A DNA stretch of 64,000 nt from Alphaproteobacteria bacterium (GTDB taxonomy: Bacteria; Pseudomonadota; Alphaproteobacteria; SP197), in NCBI GenBank assembly GCA_964291265.2, contig OZ219747.1:2368001-2432000 (forward strand). Direction: 5' to 3'. A program made the position numbers and the translations under genes. Below the pieces are notes generated by a model, which was not told the DNA's origin, did no database searches, and was given only the letters and a program-made list of their open reading frames with translations. Of the stretch, positions 1 to 9,131 are shown one piece after another; the stretch's first letter is position 1, and every line of letters starts with the position of its first letter.

Positions 1-528
1 GCCGGTCGATCGGGCGCCGAACTCGACCATGACCTCGGGGCGCACCAACCCGGTTTCCTCGAACAGTGGCTCGTAGGCGATGTAAAGGCGATCCCCGTCG
101 ACACGAACTGCTGCGTTGAATCCGGTGCGCGCGAGCCCGGCCTCGACAAGCGGGTGCGCCTGATCCCGAACCCATCCAGTCAGGCGGGGGCGGATCGCCC
201 TCGTCCAGCGCTTCTCCTGGCTGCGCGTGGGCGGAAGCGCCTCGTCGCCGGCGCCGGAAACCAGGTCGGACGCGAAGGCGCGAATGTCGTAGGTGATGTC
301 GACATCTTCGGAGAACCGGCGGATCGCCCGCCATGCCTTCGACAGCGAGGTGCCGCCCTTGAAGGTCAGGTGTGGGGCGAATGGGGCCTCGAACAGCACC
401 GCGAGGGTGGCGACGACCCAAATGTCCTTTTCGAGAAAATGCACCCGGTACTGTCCTCTTTCCTGAGCAACCCTCAGCGCATGGAGGCGGTCGCTGACCG
501 AAAGGCTCTGGAACAGCGTCTCAGCCAT
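1..528 (-). CDS. AbiEii/AbiGii-family nucleotidyltransferase toxin (type IV TA), 5' part; runs off the window start
   Basis: Manual translation from ATG 528: MAETLFQ...LEKDIWVVATL...FKGGTSLSKAWRAIRRFSEDVDITYD, with the KGGT and RFSEDVD NTase motifs; start overlaps the stop of the upstream DUF6088 gene (ATGGCTGA). Confidence 0.85.
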   Translation of the reverse strand, partial: MAETLFQSLSVSDRLHALRVAQERGQYRVHFLEKDIWVVATLAVLFEAPFAPHLTFKGGTSLSKAWRAIRRFSEDVDITYDIRAFASDLVSGAGDEALPPTRSQEKRWTRAIRPRLTGWVRDQAHPLVEAGLARTGFNAAVRVDGDRLYIAYEPLFEETGLVRPEVMVEFGARSTG

Positions 529-1117
529 GTGCGAGGCGTGCGCTCAGCGGTTCGGCCATCCAGAAGGGCATGACGGCCCTCGCGGCCGCAAGCTCATCCC
601 GGTCCACCTCGGAGAGCGTCGGCAGAACCACTTCGAGGCCGTCCTCGACCTCCTCGGGGCCGAGCCATGCCAGGGCGCGGATGACCTCGCCGGCCTTGCG
701 GTGTGGCGCCGCCAGTTGCCAACGCGGCGCGTGGCGCAATTCCACGATGGATGACCCGAAGTGGAGATGTCGGCTGGGACCGGAGGTAAGGTAGACCGCA
801 CGGACCGGATTCTGCGTGGTCAGGCGCAGGCGATTGGCCGCGGCGCCGCCGCACGGCACGATGGTCTCGCCCCAGAGTGCCGACAGCGCGGCGAGCGCCT
901 TTCCCGTGCTCGGCGCACACGTTCCGAACCGGGTCTCGACCGGGCGCATGTAGACGCCCTGGCAGATGCGCATGAGACGGCCCGAGCGCGCGAGGCGGGA
1001 CAACGCCTGGTCGACCGCCGCCCGGTGGCCGAGGTGCAACAGGGCGCCCGGACACAGCGGCGTGGCTTCCGGGCGAGCCTTGGCGTACTCCATGATGCGC
1101 TTGGGAAGGCCCCGCAT
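521..1117 (-). CDS. DUF6088 / AbiEi-like antitoxin (wHTH)
   Basis: 198-aa ORF with AVDQALSRLARSGRLMRICQGVY and GAAANRLRLTTQNP motifs; directly upstream of the AbiEii gene. Confidence 0.85.
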   Translation of the reverse strand: MRGLPKRIMEYAKARPEATPLCPGALLHLGHRAAVDQALSRLARSGRLMRICQGVYMRPVETRFGTCAPSTGKALAALSALWGETIVPCGGAAANRLRLTTQNPVRAVYLTSGPSRHLHFGSSIVELRHAPRWQLAAPHRKAGEVIRALAWLGPEEVEDGLEVVLPTLSEVDRDELAAARAVMPFWMAEPLSARLAHG

Positions 1118-1149
1118 CGGTCGATGCCTCCTGTTCGTTTGTCAGAAAT

Positions 1150-1475
1150 CTAGCGGCAATGCTGCCGAATTGCAACGCTGGAAATACAGTTTCCGCGAAT
1201 GTCACAGGTGATATCAACGTCTTCGGAGAAGCGGCGGACAGCTCGCCATGCCTTCGACAACGAGGTGCTGCCCTTGAAGGTCAGGTGCCCGGCGAACGGG
1301 GCCTCGAACAGCACTGCGAGGGTGGCGACGACGCAGATGTCCTTCTCGAGCATATGGGCCCGGCATTGTCCTCTTTCCTGAGCGGCCTCAGCGCATGGAG
1401 GCGGTCGCTGGCCGAAAGGCTCTGGAACAGCGTCTCAGCCATGCACGAGACGTGCGCTCAACGGTTCGGCCATCC
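1150..1475 (-). pseudogene. Relic second copy of the DUF6088 3' end / AbiEii 5' end junction
   Basis: ~1195-1475 is a diverged direct repeat of ~280-561; 1-bp deletion near 1385; KGGT changed to KGST; truncated after the EDVDIT motif. Confidence 0.8.
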
Positions 1476-1718
1476 CGATTGCCGCCTGCATCGTGCCGTG
1501 CTCCTTCGACAGGTGAATGGAACGGGGGCAGCGCCCCCTCCCTCCGCAGCGCCGACCGCCGCCCCTTCACGGCCAGACCTCTCCTCCTGCCGGTGGGAGG
1601 CGCGTGGAGGGAGACGCGGCAGGACGGCCGTGCAACGGACAGGGCCGCGGCGTGAGTTGAAAAGCCACACCGGGCAACATAAAAGGAGGCATGAAGGCGA
1701 ATGTGCGCGAGGCTCGGA

Positions 1719-2102
1719 TTGCAGACGTTCAAGACCAGAGCGTTCGCCCGTTTCGCCGATCGCGAGGGGCTGGCGGATGCGGCATTGTGCGAGGCCGTCC
1801 GACGCGCCGGGGAGGGGCTGATCGACGCCGACCTCGGCGGCGGCGTCATCAAGCGGCGCATCGCCCGCAAGGGCTGCGGCCGGTCCGGCGGGTTCCGCAC
1901 GATCGTGCTGTTCCGTCGAGGCGAACTGGCGTTCTTCGTGCACGGGTTTGCGAAGAGCGACCGGGATAACATCCGGCGCAAGGAACTTTCGGGGCTGCGA
2001 TCGCTGGCAAATGAGTATCTGGCGCTGGATGCGGCGGGTCTTGCGGCCGCGCAGGCGACTGGATCGATAATCGAGGTGGAATGCGATGACCAGGCAGTAT
2101 GA
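1719..2102 (+). CDS. Type II toxin, RelE/ParE superfamily (DUF1044/HigB-like)
   Basis: FKTRAFARFA...IDADLGGGVIKRRIAR..GRSGGFRTIV..FFVHGFAKSDRDNI; start TTG 1719 or ATG 1701. Confidence 0.85.
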   Translation: MQTFKTRAFARFADREGLADAALCEAVRRAGEGLIDADLGGGVIKRRIARKGCGRSGGFRTIVLFRRGELAFFVHGFAKSDRDNIRRKELSGLRSLANEYLALDAAGLAAAQATGSIIEVECDDQAV

Positions 2103-2403
2103 GAGCGAGGTGCTGGCTTCGGTGCACGAGGCGGCGCTCGGCCTGGACGAAGCGGGCCTGATGTCGAAACGCACCATGCGGAAGTTCGACGAGATGTGCC
2201 TCGCGCCCGTCAAGGAGATGACGCCGGAGGACATTCGCGCGCTTCGGCTGCGCGAGCGTGCGAGCCAGGCGGTGTTCGCCCGCTACCTCAACGTGACGAC
2301 GGGTCTTGTGAGCCAGTGGGAACGCGGCGAGAAGCGCCCCCGCGGCACCTCGCTGAAGCTGTTGACGCTGGTGGCGAAGAACGGCCTCGGTGCGGTCGCG
2401 TGA
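2086..2403 (+). CDS. XRE/HigA-type HTH antitoxin
   Basis: [41 protein letters not shown]; overlaps the end of the toxin gene. Confidence 0.85.
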   Translation: MTRQYESEVLASVHEAALGLDEAGLMSKRTMRKFDEMCLAPVKEMTPEDIRALRLRERASQAVFARYLNVTTGLVSQWERGEKRPRGTSLKLLTLVAKNGLGAVA

Positions 2404-2479
2404 AAACACGCTCCAAATCGCGGCCCCGCCCAGCGCAATCGGGGCGTGCTCCGATGCGAGTTCGCCGCGGGGTTGCACC

Positions 2480-2587
2480 ATGGGCGCTGAATCGGCAATC
2501 GAGTGGACCGAGGCAACGTGGAATCCGGTGACGGGCTGCACGAAGATCATCCGCGGTTGTGACAGTCAAGGAACGCCGCGAACATGA
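2480..2587 (+). pseudogene. N-terminal stub of a DUF5131 (phage Gp37/Gp68) family protein
   Basis: [27 protein letters not shown] matches the typical family N-terminus; similarity then ends and a stop follows. Confidence 0.7.
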
Positions 2588-3171
2588 ACGACGGTTTCCA
2601 GCTGGTACTGGACCACATCCGGCCGGTTGCCGGAACGGAGGCAGAAAGGGGCCGCCTGTTCGAGCGGCTGATGAAGGCGTATTTCGTGCAGGATCCGCTC
2701 TACCGGGACCGATTCGCGCAGGTGCGACTGTGGTCCGAATGGGCTACCTCGCGGCATGACTTCGACGACGCCGACACCGGCATCGACCTGGTCGCCGAGG
2801 AGCGGGACGGCGGCTTCTGCGCCATCCAGTGCAAGTGCCATGCGCCGGGCACACGGATATCGGCGCAGGCTCTCGATTCCTTCATCGCCGCGTCTGCGCG
2901 TGAACCGTTCACGGCGCGAATCTTCGTAGACACCGAGTATCGGGTCAACGGGCGCACCCCGCTCGAATGGCTGATCGATCGCTACCGTATCGTCCGCGAC
3001 CGGCAGAGCGGCATCGTCAATGACCCCAACGGCTGGTTCGACGACCCGCGTGACCTGATACCGGCGCTGCGCCGCATCGTGCAGGTCAGCGTGGAGACCG
3101 TTGCCATCATTGCGGGCCTTCCCTGCCCGTTCGCGGAACTGCGGGAGCAGTCGAACGGAGGGCGACCATGA
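2584..3171 (+). CDS. Internally deleted Type ISP restriction-modification enzyme (Mrr-like nuclease fused in frame to the extreme C-terminal segment)
   Basis: N-part [22 protein letters not shown]; C-part [41 protein letters not shown]; no helicase or MTase motifs between them. Confidence 0.75.
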   Translation: MNDGFQLVLDHIRPVAGTEAERGRLFERLMKAYFVQDPLYRDRFAQVRLWSEWATSRHDFDDADTGIDLVAEERDGGFCAIQCKCHAPGTRISAQALDSFIAASAREPFTARIFVDTEYRVNGRTPLEWLIDRYRIVRDRQSGIVNDPNGWFDDPRDLIPALRRIVQVSVETVAIIAGLPCPFAELREQSNGGRP

Positions 3172-4610
3172 CGGTCGAGCGGATTGCGCGAATGGTATCG
3201 GCGGGTGAATCCGAGACGCTCGAGTTCAAGACCACGACCGGGACGCGTCGCGAGGCGGTACGAACCGTCTGCGCGATGCTCAATCAGCAGGGCGGCCTGG
3301 TCCTGTTCGGCGTCACGCCGGAAGGGAGCGTGTCGGGCCAGCAGGTGAGCGAGCGCACGATCGAGGAGGTGAGCGCCGAGCTCTCCAGAATAGATCCGCC
3401 CGCTTTTCCGGCGATCGAGCGCATCCCGGTCAAGGAAGGTCTCGAGGTCGTCGCCGTCACTGTCGTGCGCGGGCAGGCCGGACCCTACATGTACCGTGGC
3501 AACGCGTACCGGCGGGTCGGCAACACCACCGTCGAGATGCACACGGGCGAGTATCGCCAAATGCTCTTCGAGCGCATGCACAGCGAGCGGCGCTGGGAGA
3601 ACCAGCCTGCGGAGGGATGGTCGGTCGACGAACTAGACGCCCACGAGATACGCACCACCGTGGAGGAAGCGGTGCGGCGAGGCCGGATCGAAGATCCCGG
3701 CACCCGCGAACCCGGCGACCTGCTTCGCGGCCTCGGACTTTACCGGGACGGAGTATTGTGGCGGGCGGCGGTGGCGCTGTTCGGCCCCGAGGAACGGATC
3801 ACGTTCGACATGCCGCAGTGCCTGCTCCGCGTCGCGCGCTTCCGGGGTATTGACCGCACGAAGTTTGTCGACAATCGTCAATTTCGTGGCAACGCCTTTT
3901 CGCTGCTCAAGGCCGCCGAACGCTTCCTGCGCGACAGCCTGCCCATCGCGGGTCACATCGAGGAGGGCCGCATTGAGCGAATCGACGAGCCGCTGATTCC
4001 TCCACTTGCGACGCGCGAGGCGCTGGCGAACGCGCTTTGCCATCGTGACTATTCTATCGGCGGCGGTTCCGTGGGCGTTGCAATCTACGATGATCGCCTG
4101 GAAGTCACGTCGACCGGGACGCTGCATTTCGGACTGACGCCCGAAAAGCTGTTTGCACCGCACGAATCGATACCCTGGAATCCACTGATCGCCGATGTCT
4201 TCTACCGTCGCGGCATCATTGAGCGCTGGGGACGTGGAACGCTGAAGATGGCGGAAGTGACAACCACAGCCGGTCTGCCGCAGCCCGAAATCGAGGATGC
4301 TGGAGGGTGCGTGACGGTCAGATTTCGCCATCCGTCGGCATCAGTGCATATCGTCGCGAGCGAGCGTGCGGCAGTGGCCGACAAGTCAAGTGTGCAGGTG
4401 CAGAAACTGAGCGAGGTGCAGCGAAGCGTCCTCGATCTTCTGGACCATGCCGACTATCCTCTGGCGCTTCGCGAAATACATGCTCGTTTGACCGGATCTC
4501 CGAGTCTTCGTCAGGTGAAGAGGGTATTGACCCGATTGCGGGAACTGGGATTTGCAACATCGACGGGTCACGGGGTTTCTGCTCGATGGAACCGCGTGCA
4601 AGGACAATAG
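3168..4610 (+). CDS. Schlafen/AlbA_2 + HATPase_c_4 (RecG-C-like) + C-terminal wHTH protein
   Basis: GESETLEFK, VCAMLNQQGGLVLFGV, REALANALCHRDY, PWNPLIADVFYRRGIIERWGRG motifs. Confidence 0.85.
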   Translation: MTVERIARMVSAGESETLEFKTTTGTRREAVRTVCAMLNQQGGLVLFGVTPEGSVSGQQVSERTIEEVSAELSRIDPPAFPAIERIPVKEGLEVVAVTVVRGQAGPYMYRGNAYRRVGNTTVEMHTGEYRQMLFERMHSERRWENQPAEGWSVDELDAHEIRTTVEEAVRRGRIEDPGTREPGDLLRGLGLYRDGVLWRAAVALFGPEERITFDMPQCLLRVARFRGIDRTKFVDNRQFRGNAFSLLKAAERFLRDSLPIAGHIEEGRIERIDEPLIPPLATREALANALCHRDYSIGGGSVGVAIYDDRLEVTSTGTLHFGLTPEKLFAPHESIPWNPLIADVFYRRGIIERWGRGTLKMAEVTTTAGLPQPEIEDAGGCVTVRFRHPSASVHIVASERAAVADKSSVQVQKLSEVQRSVLDLLDHADYPLALREIHARLTGSPSLRQVKRVLTRLRELGFATSTGHGVSARWNRVQGQ

Positions 4611-4846
4611 ACCCATTGGACCGGCCCTATTGGGTCCAATGGGGGGCATTGGAAGACAAGCAGAAGTCCTCACCTCGTGGAGAGACACTTTCGGACATCT
4701 CTGATTGAACAGCTGGAGGCTGGAGGCCAAGCCGCGCAGGATCAACAAACCGACGACACCAAAAACAGCACCCACCGCAACCAACGTCAACACAGACTCA
4801 GACCTGACGAGGTACCTGGGCAGTTACTTCGAATGTACCGGGGTGT

Positions 4847-4894
4847 TGTGATAGAAAGTCGGCATACACATGGAACTGCCGACAGATCATCACA
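4847..4894. promoter_or_regulatory. Inverted repeat upstream of abiEi, putative autoregulatory operator
   Basis: TGTGAT-n5-GTCGGCA-n12-TGCCGAC-n5-ATCACA ending at the likely start ATG 4894. Confidence 0.5.
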
Positions 4895-5519
4895 TGCCTG
4901 CGTATCGCGCCGAATCTCAGAGAGAGACAGCCGTCAGACTTCTTGGCGAGCACGGCATCATGCGGCTGTCGGAGATGAAGGCGGCCGGAGTCCATTATCA
5001 GACACTGACCCGGATGGTTGAAGATGGCTCCGTTCTGCGTGTCGGCCGAGGCCTCTACCAGCTTCACAGCGCCGACTACTCCCTGACCCACAGCCTTGCA
5101 GAGGTGGCCAAGGCCGTGCCAAAGGGGTGATCTGCCTCATCTCGGCTCTCCAGTTCCACGAACTCACGCTTCAGGCCCCGCCCCATGTCTGGGTCGCCAT
5201 CGGGCGCAAGGAGCGCAAACCTCGCATCAGCTATCCACCGGTCCGAGCCATGCGGTTCGGCGAAAGGGCCATGTCGGTTGGCGTCGAACGCCATGTGATC
5301 GACAAGGTCGAAACCCCGATCTTCGATCCGGCCAAGACCATCGTCGACTGCTTTCGCTATCGCAAGGAGATCGGCATCGACATCGCCTTCGAAGGGCTCC
5401 GCAATGGGATCCGCAGACGCAAGGCGCATCCCGACCGGATCGCTGCCTATGCCAGGGATCTGCATATCTGGTCGGTTCTCAAGCCCTATCTTGACGCGGC
5501 GGTGGCCGATGAAAAATAA
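4894..5519 (+). pseudogene. AbiEi-family antitoxin, frameshifted at ~5124-5127 (or a sequencing error)
   Basis: ORFs 4870-5130 (LTRMVEDGSVLRVGRGLY) and 5127-5519 (ICLISALQFHELT...PAKTIVDCFRYR) join into one protein if the G4 run were G5. Confidence 0.8.
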
Positions 5520-5958
5520 GTGCAAGAACGTCGCCCAGTCGGTGCGCGATCGGCTGCGGACGGTTACCGTCCGACTGCGCCTGAACTACAACCTCGTTCT
5601 GACTCGCTACGCGCTCGAACGCTTGCTATATCGCCTGAGCGTGTCGCCTCAACGGAATCGGTTCGCGCTCAAAGGCGCCATGCTGTTCGTCGTCTGGACG
5701 GCGGACATCATTCGCCCGACCCAGGATCTCGACCTGCTTGGTTTCGGCGATTCTGACGTCGATGGGCTACGAGATGCGTTCCGCGACATCATGGGCACGC
5801 CTGTTGCCAACGACGGTGTCGCATTCGACCTTGACTCGGTGCGCGCCGAACCGATCCGGGCGAAGCAACCATACGACGGCGTTCGAGTCAGCGCCCGGTC
5901 ATTCATCGGTACGGCGCGCGTGCCGATTCAGATCGACATCGGTTTTGGCTACGCCGTC
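5509..5958 (+). pseudogene. AbiEii-family nucleotidyltransferase, 3'-truncated (reading frame runs on to 6114)
   Basis: KNVAQSVRDRL, YALERLLYRLS, FALKGAML, RPTQDLDLLG, QIDIGFG; similarity ends at ~5958. Confidence 0.8.
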
Positions 5959-6559
5959 AAGGCCCTGGAGGGCCTGGGCAAAGCGGATGGCCTCGTGCAG
6001 CGAGAAGCGCGTGTTCGCGTCGGCGAAGATCATCTCGTCCCGCAGCAGGTCATCACCCGTTCGATGTCGTCGTCGACGGCGCCGCCCCCGACCCTGAGCT
6101 GGAAGTGGCGGTAGCCGTCATCGCGGCAGGCGCGCATCGCAGGGACGCTGTCCGGGGGGGATGTCGGCATCGAACAGCACGGAGCGGCACCGGCTCGGGC
6201 CAGCGGCCACCGGGGAGGTGAGCACAAGGAGCTGCCCGGTCGCCTGGACCATGATGTCCCGGAGCGCGGTGTCGAGGGGCGCCTTCAGGTTGTTGATGGC
6301 TGCGGTCCCACTCGCGGTTGATCTTCTCGACGTGGAAGGGATCGGCGCCGATGAAACCCCGGGCGACGCTCGGGATGCCCGCCAAGCGTTTGCCAAAACG
6401 CGGGCGCATGGTGCGTTCCGATCGGGCAGGTCCCGCGTTGGTGTCGACGGGCCCGACGACGGACGTGTCGACACGTGGTGCGAAGCCGCTGCCTGATCTG
6501 TACCCGCCGGTCCTCGGCGGCGTCGTGACGCCGTGGACGCGCACCCGGGTGATCTTCAT
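5950..6559 (-). pseudogene. Mandelate racemase/muconate lactonizing enzyme (enolase superfamily) relic
   Basis: Pieces in different frames: MKITRVRVH; KAPLDTALRDI; GYRHFQLRVGG..DDDIERV; MIFADANTRFSLHEAIRFA. Confidence 0.65.
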
Positions 6560-7038
6560 GGTGCTGTTCCTGATCGGGTGTCGATGTCCGGCCGCTCCCA
6601 GCGGGCGGCGGCCTCGTCATCGTGGGCGCGGGCCTCGACCCAGTGGCTGCCGTCCCGGGTTTCCTCGAGTTTCCAGAAGGGCGCCTTCGTCTTCAGCCAG
6701 TCGATCAGGAAGGCGCAGGCCTCGAGGGCGGCGTGGCGATGGGCCGATGCCGTGATCACCAGCACGATCCGGTCCCCGGGTTCGAGGCGGCCGTAGCGGT
6801 GAATGATGAGGCTCGCCTCCAGCGGCCAGCGGCGGCAGGCCTCCTCGTCGATCTCGCGCAGCATCCTCTCGGTCATCCCGGGATAGTGCTCCAGGGTCAT
6901 CGAGAAGGAGCTGCCATCGCCCGCCATGTCTCGCACCACGCCGACGAAGGAGGCGATGGCGCCGAGTGACGTCGAGCGCGAGGAGATGGCCTCGGTCTCG
7001 CGAGCGATGTCGAAGTCCTCCGCCTGGACGCGAATCAC
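6556..7038 (-). CDS. moaE: Molybdopterin synthase catalytic subunit
   Basis: LEHYPGMTE, HRYGRL, SAHRHAA, DWLKTKAPFWK. Confidence 0.95.
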   Translation of the reverse strand: MIRVQAEDFDIARETEAISSRSTSLGAIASFVGVVRDMAGDGSSFSMTLEHYPGMTERMLREIDEEACRRWPLEASLIIHRYGRLEPGDRIVLVITASAHRHAALEACAFLIDWLKTKAPFWKLEETRDGSHWVEARAHDDEAAARWERPDIDTRSGTAP

Positions 7039-7042
7039 GGGA

Positions 7043-7294
7043 CTAGCCGCCGGTCACCGGAGGAAAGAGAGCCACTTCGTCATCGTCCATGACCGGAGTC
7101 CCGGCATGACCGTAGGCCTGGTTGACGGCGATGCGCACATGACCGGGATGGGCGAGAGCCTCGGCGTAGACGCCGCCGCGCCGTTTCAGCCAGTCGACGA
7201 GACCTCCCGCATCGACAACGTCCCCGGGCAAGGTGACGTCCTCGCCGGCAAGGCCGATGGTCTGCCGGACGGATGCGAAATAGAGAAGCCTCAT
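7043..7294 (-). CDS. moaD: Molybdopterin synthase sulfur carrier
   Basis: LLYFA N-terminus; FPPVTGG C-terminal di-Gly. Confidence 0.95.
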   Translation of the reverse strand: MRLLYFASVRQTIGLAGEDVTLPGDVVDAGGLVDWLKRRGGVYAEALAHPGHVRIAVNQAYGHAGTPVMDDDEVALFPPVTGG

Positions 7295-8577
7295 GACAGG
7301 ACCTCGCTGAACGGCAGCACCTCTATCATGTCACCGGCCTCGAGTCGTGTCATGTCCTCGGGAAGCTCCGCGAGACCGTCGGTGTCGACCAGGGACGACA
7401 GCAGGCCGGCGCCCTCCCTCGCGAAGGCATGGGCCTCGGTCACGCCGTCACCCCGGCGGCGCAGGTGGACCCGAACATACTCGCGGCGCCCGCCCTTCTT
7501 GTCGCGGCCGAATGCGGAACGGACGTTGAAGGTCATCGGCGCTGTGTCGTCGGCGCCGCCAAGGCGCAGAAGCAGGGGCCGGGCAAAGCGCAGGAAGGTC
7601 ACCATGGCCGCTGCCGGGTTGCCGGGCAGGCCGATGAAGGTCGCGTCGCCGATGTCGCCGAGCACCAGTGGACGCCCGGGCTTGATGGCCATGTACCAGG
7701 CATGGAGCGTGCCGTGTTCGCGAATGGTGCGCTGCACGTGATCCTCGTCGCCCACGGAAACGCCGCCCGACGTCATGAGCGCGTGATGCCGCCGGGCGGC
7801 GTCGAGAATGGCATGCCGGGTCGCCGCCGCATCGTCGCGCAGGATGCCGAGATCGGTGACCTTGCAGCCGATGGCGTCGAGCAGTGCCCGCACGGCATGG
7901 CGGTTGGCATCGAAGATGGCGCCGGGCCCGAGAACGCCGGGAGGATCGGTGACCTCGTCGCCTGTCGAGAAGAGGGCGACACGGAGCGGCTCCCTGCAGG
8001 GCAGGAGCGTGAGGCCAACCGAGGCGGCAAGACCGATGTCGAACGGTCCCAGCCGGCGCCCCCGGCGCAGGATGGTGCTCCCCGCCGCGACGTCCTCCCC
8101 GGCCTCGCGCCTGTTGGCGCCGCGCCGGATCCGGGAATCGACAACGATCGAGTCGCCTTCGATGCGGACATACTCCTGCATGGCCACGGTGTCGCAGCCT
8201 TCGGGCATGGGCGCCCCGGTGAAGATGCGGATGGCCTCGCCGCGCCGCGCCCGGCGGTCAAGGGCCATGCCGGCCGCTACCCTCGCCGTGACGGGAAGGA
8301 TCGTGTCGGCGGAACAGGCGAGGTCGTCGTGGAAGAATGCGTAGCCGTCGACGGCGGCGTTGGCGTGAGGGGGAACGTCCATCGTCGAGACGACGTCACG
8401 GGCGAGGACCCGCCCGGCGGCCCCGGCCAGGGGGATCTCTTCGGCGGTCGTCACCGGAGCGGCCATGCGCGAGATGAGATCGAGCGCTTCCGCCGCCGTC
8501 ATCAACCGGTCGCCGCGCGCGTCGGGGCTCGCCACCGGGCCGGCGCCGTGCGGCAGGCGTGTCGGCGCCGGACTCAT
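7291..8577 (-). CDS. moeA: Molybdopterin molybdotransferase
   Basis: GRVLA, NAAVDGYA, RIFTGAPMPEG, STGDE, SGGVSVGD, KPGRP, GLPGNP; start inferred from ATGA overlap with pgsA. Confidence 0.95.
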   Translation of the reverse strand: MSPAPTRLPHGAGPVASPDARGDRLMTAAEALDLISRMAAPVTTAEEIPLAGAAGRVLARDVVSTMDVPPHANAAVDGYAFFHDDLACSADTILPVTARVAAGMALDRRARRGEAIRIFTGAPMPEGCDTVAMQEYVRIEGDSIVVDSRIRRGANRREAGEDVAAGSTILRRGRRLGPFDIGLAASVGLTLLPCREPLRVALFSTGDEVTDPPGVLGPGAIFDANRHAVRALLDAIGCKVTDLGILRDDAAATRHAILDAARRHHALMTSGGVSVGDEDHVQRTIREHGTLHAWYMAIKPGRPLVLGDIGDATFIGLPGNPAAAMVTFLRFARPLLLRLGGADDTAPMTFNVRSAFGRDKKGGRREYVRVHLRRRGDGVTEAHAFAREGAGLLSSLVDTDGLAELPEDMTRLEAGDMIEVLPFSEVLS

Positions 8578-9131
8578 GGTTCCTCCGACAGCGAGCGCCG
8601 GCGCGCCGTCAAGGCGCGCCGGGCGGCCTCTCCGTGAAGCAGTCCCGAAAGGGCGGTCATAAGCGCGGCCAGCCACATGGCGGCGAGGCCGACGGTGGCG
8701 AAGGCCGGATCGGGGGCGAGAACCAGGGCGATGGCGAGGCACTGGAGGACCGTCTTGGTCTTCGAGAGAGGTGTCACACCGACGGTGAGGGAGGATGCGG
8801 CGAGGGCCTCGCGCAGGCCGCACACAAGGATCTCGCGGATCACGATGACGAGCGCGGCGATCACCGGCACCTCGGACGTCGCTGTCAGAACGACGATGAC
8901 ACCGCACACCAGCACCTTGTCGGCGACGGGGTCGAGGACCCGGCCCAGGGTGGAGCGGACGTTCATGCGGCGCGCCAGCCAGCCGTCGAGGGCATCGGTC
9001 GCCGCCGCCACGCAGAAGACGGCGAGCGCCGCCCAGCGGGCGCCCGCGTCCCCTTCGATCAGGAGAAACGCGATCGGCGCCAGGGCCGCCATGCGGGCGA
9101 TGGTGAGGATGTTGGGCAGTGACGCCATCAC
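8574..9131 (-). CDS. pgsA: CDP-diacylglycerol--glycerol-3-phosphate 3-phosphatidyltransferase
   Basis: LPNILT..R; TDALDGWLARR..STLGRVLDPVADK. Confidence 0.92.
   Translation of the reverse strand: MMASLPNILTIARMAALAPIAFLLIEGDAGARWAALAVFCVAAATDALDGWLARRMNVRSTLGRVLDPVADKVLVCGVIVVLTATSEVPVIAALVIVIREILVCGLREALAASSLTVGVTPLSKTKTVLQCLAIALVLAPDPAFATVGLAAMWLAALMTALSGLLHGEAARRALTARRRSLSEEP

Noticed and set aside
4612-4643. 11-bp hairpin CCCATTGGACC/GGTCCAATGGG after the AlbA gene
   Set aside because: There is no U-tract and no second copy, so it cannot be assigned as a terminator or repeat.
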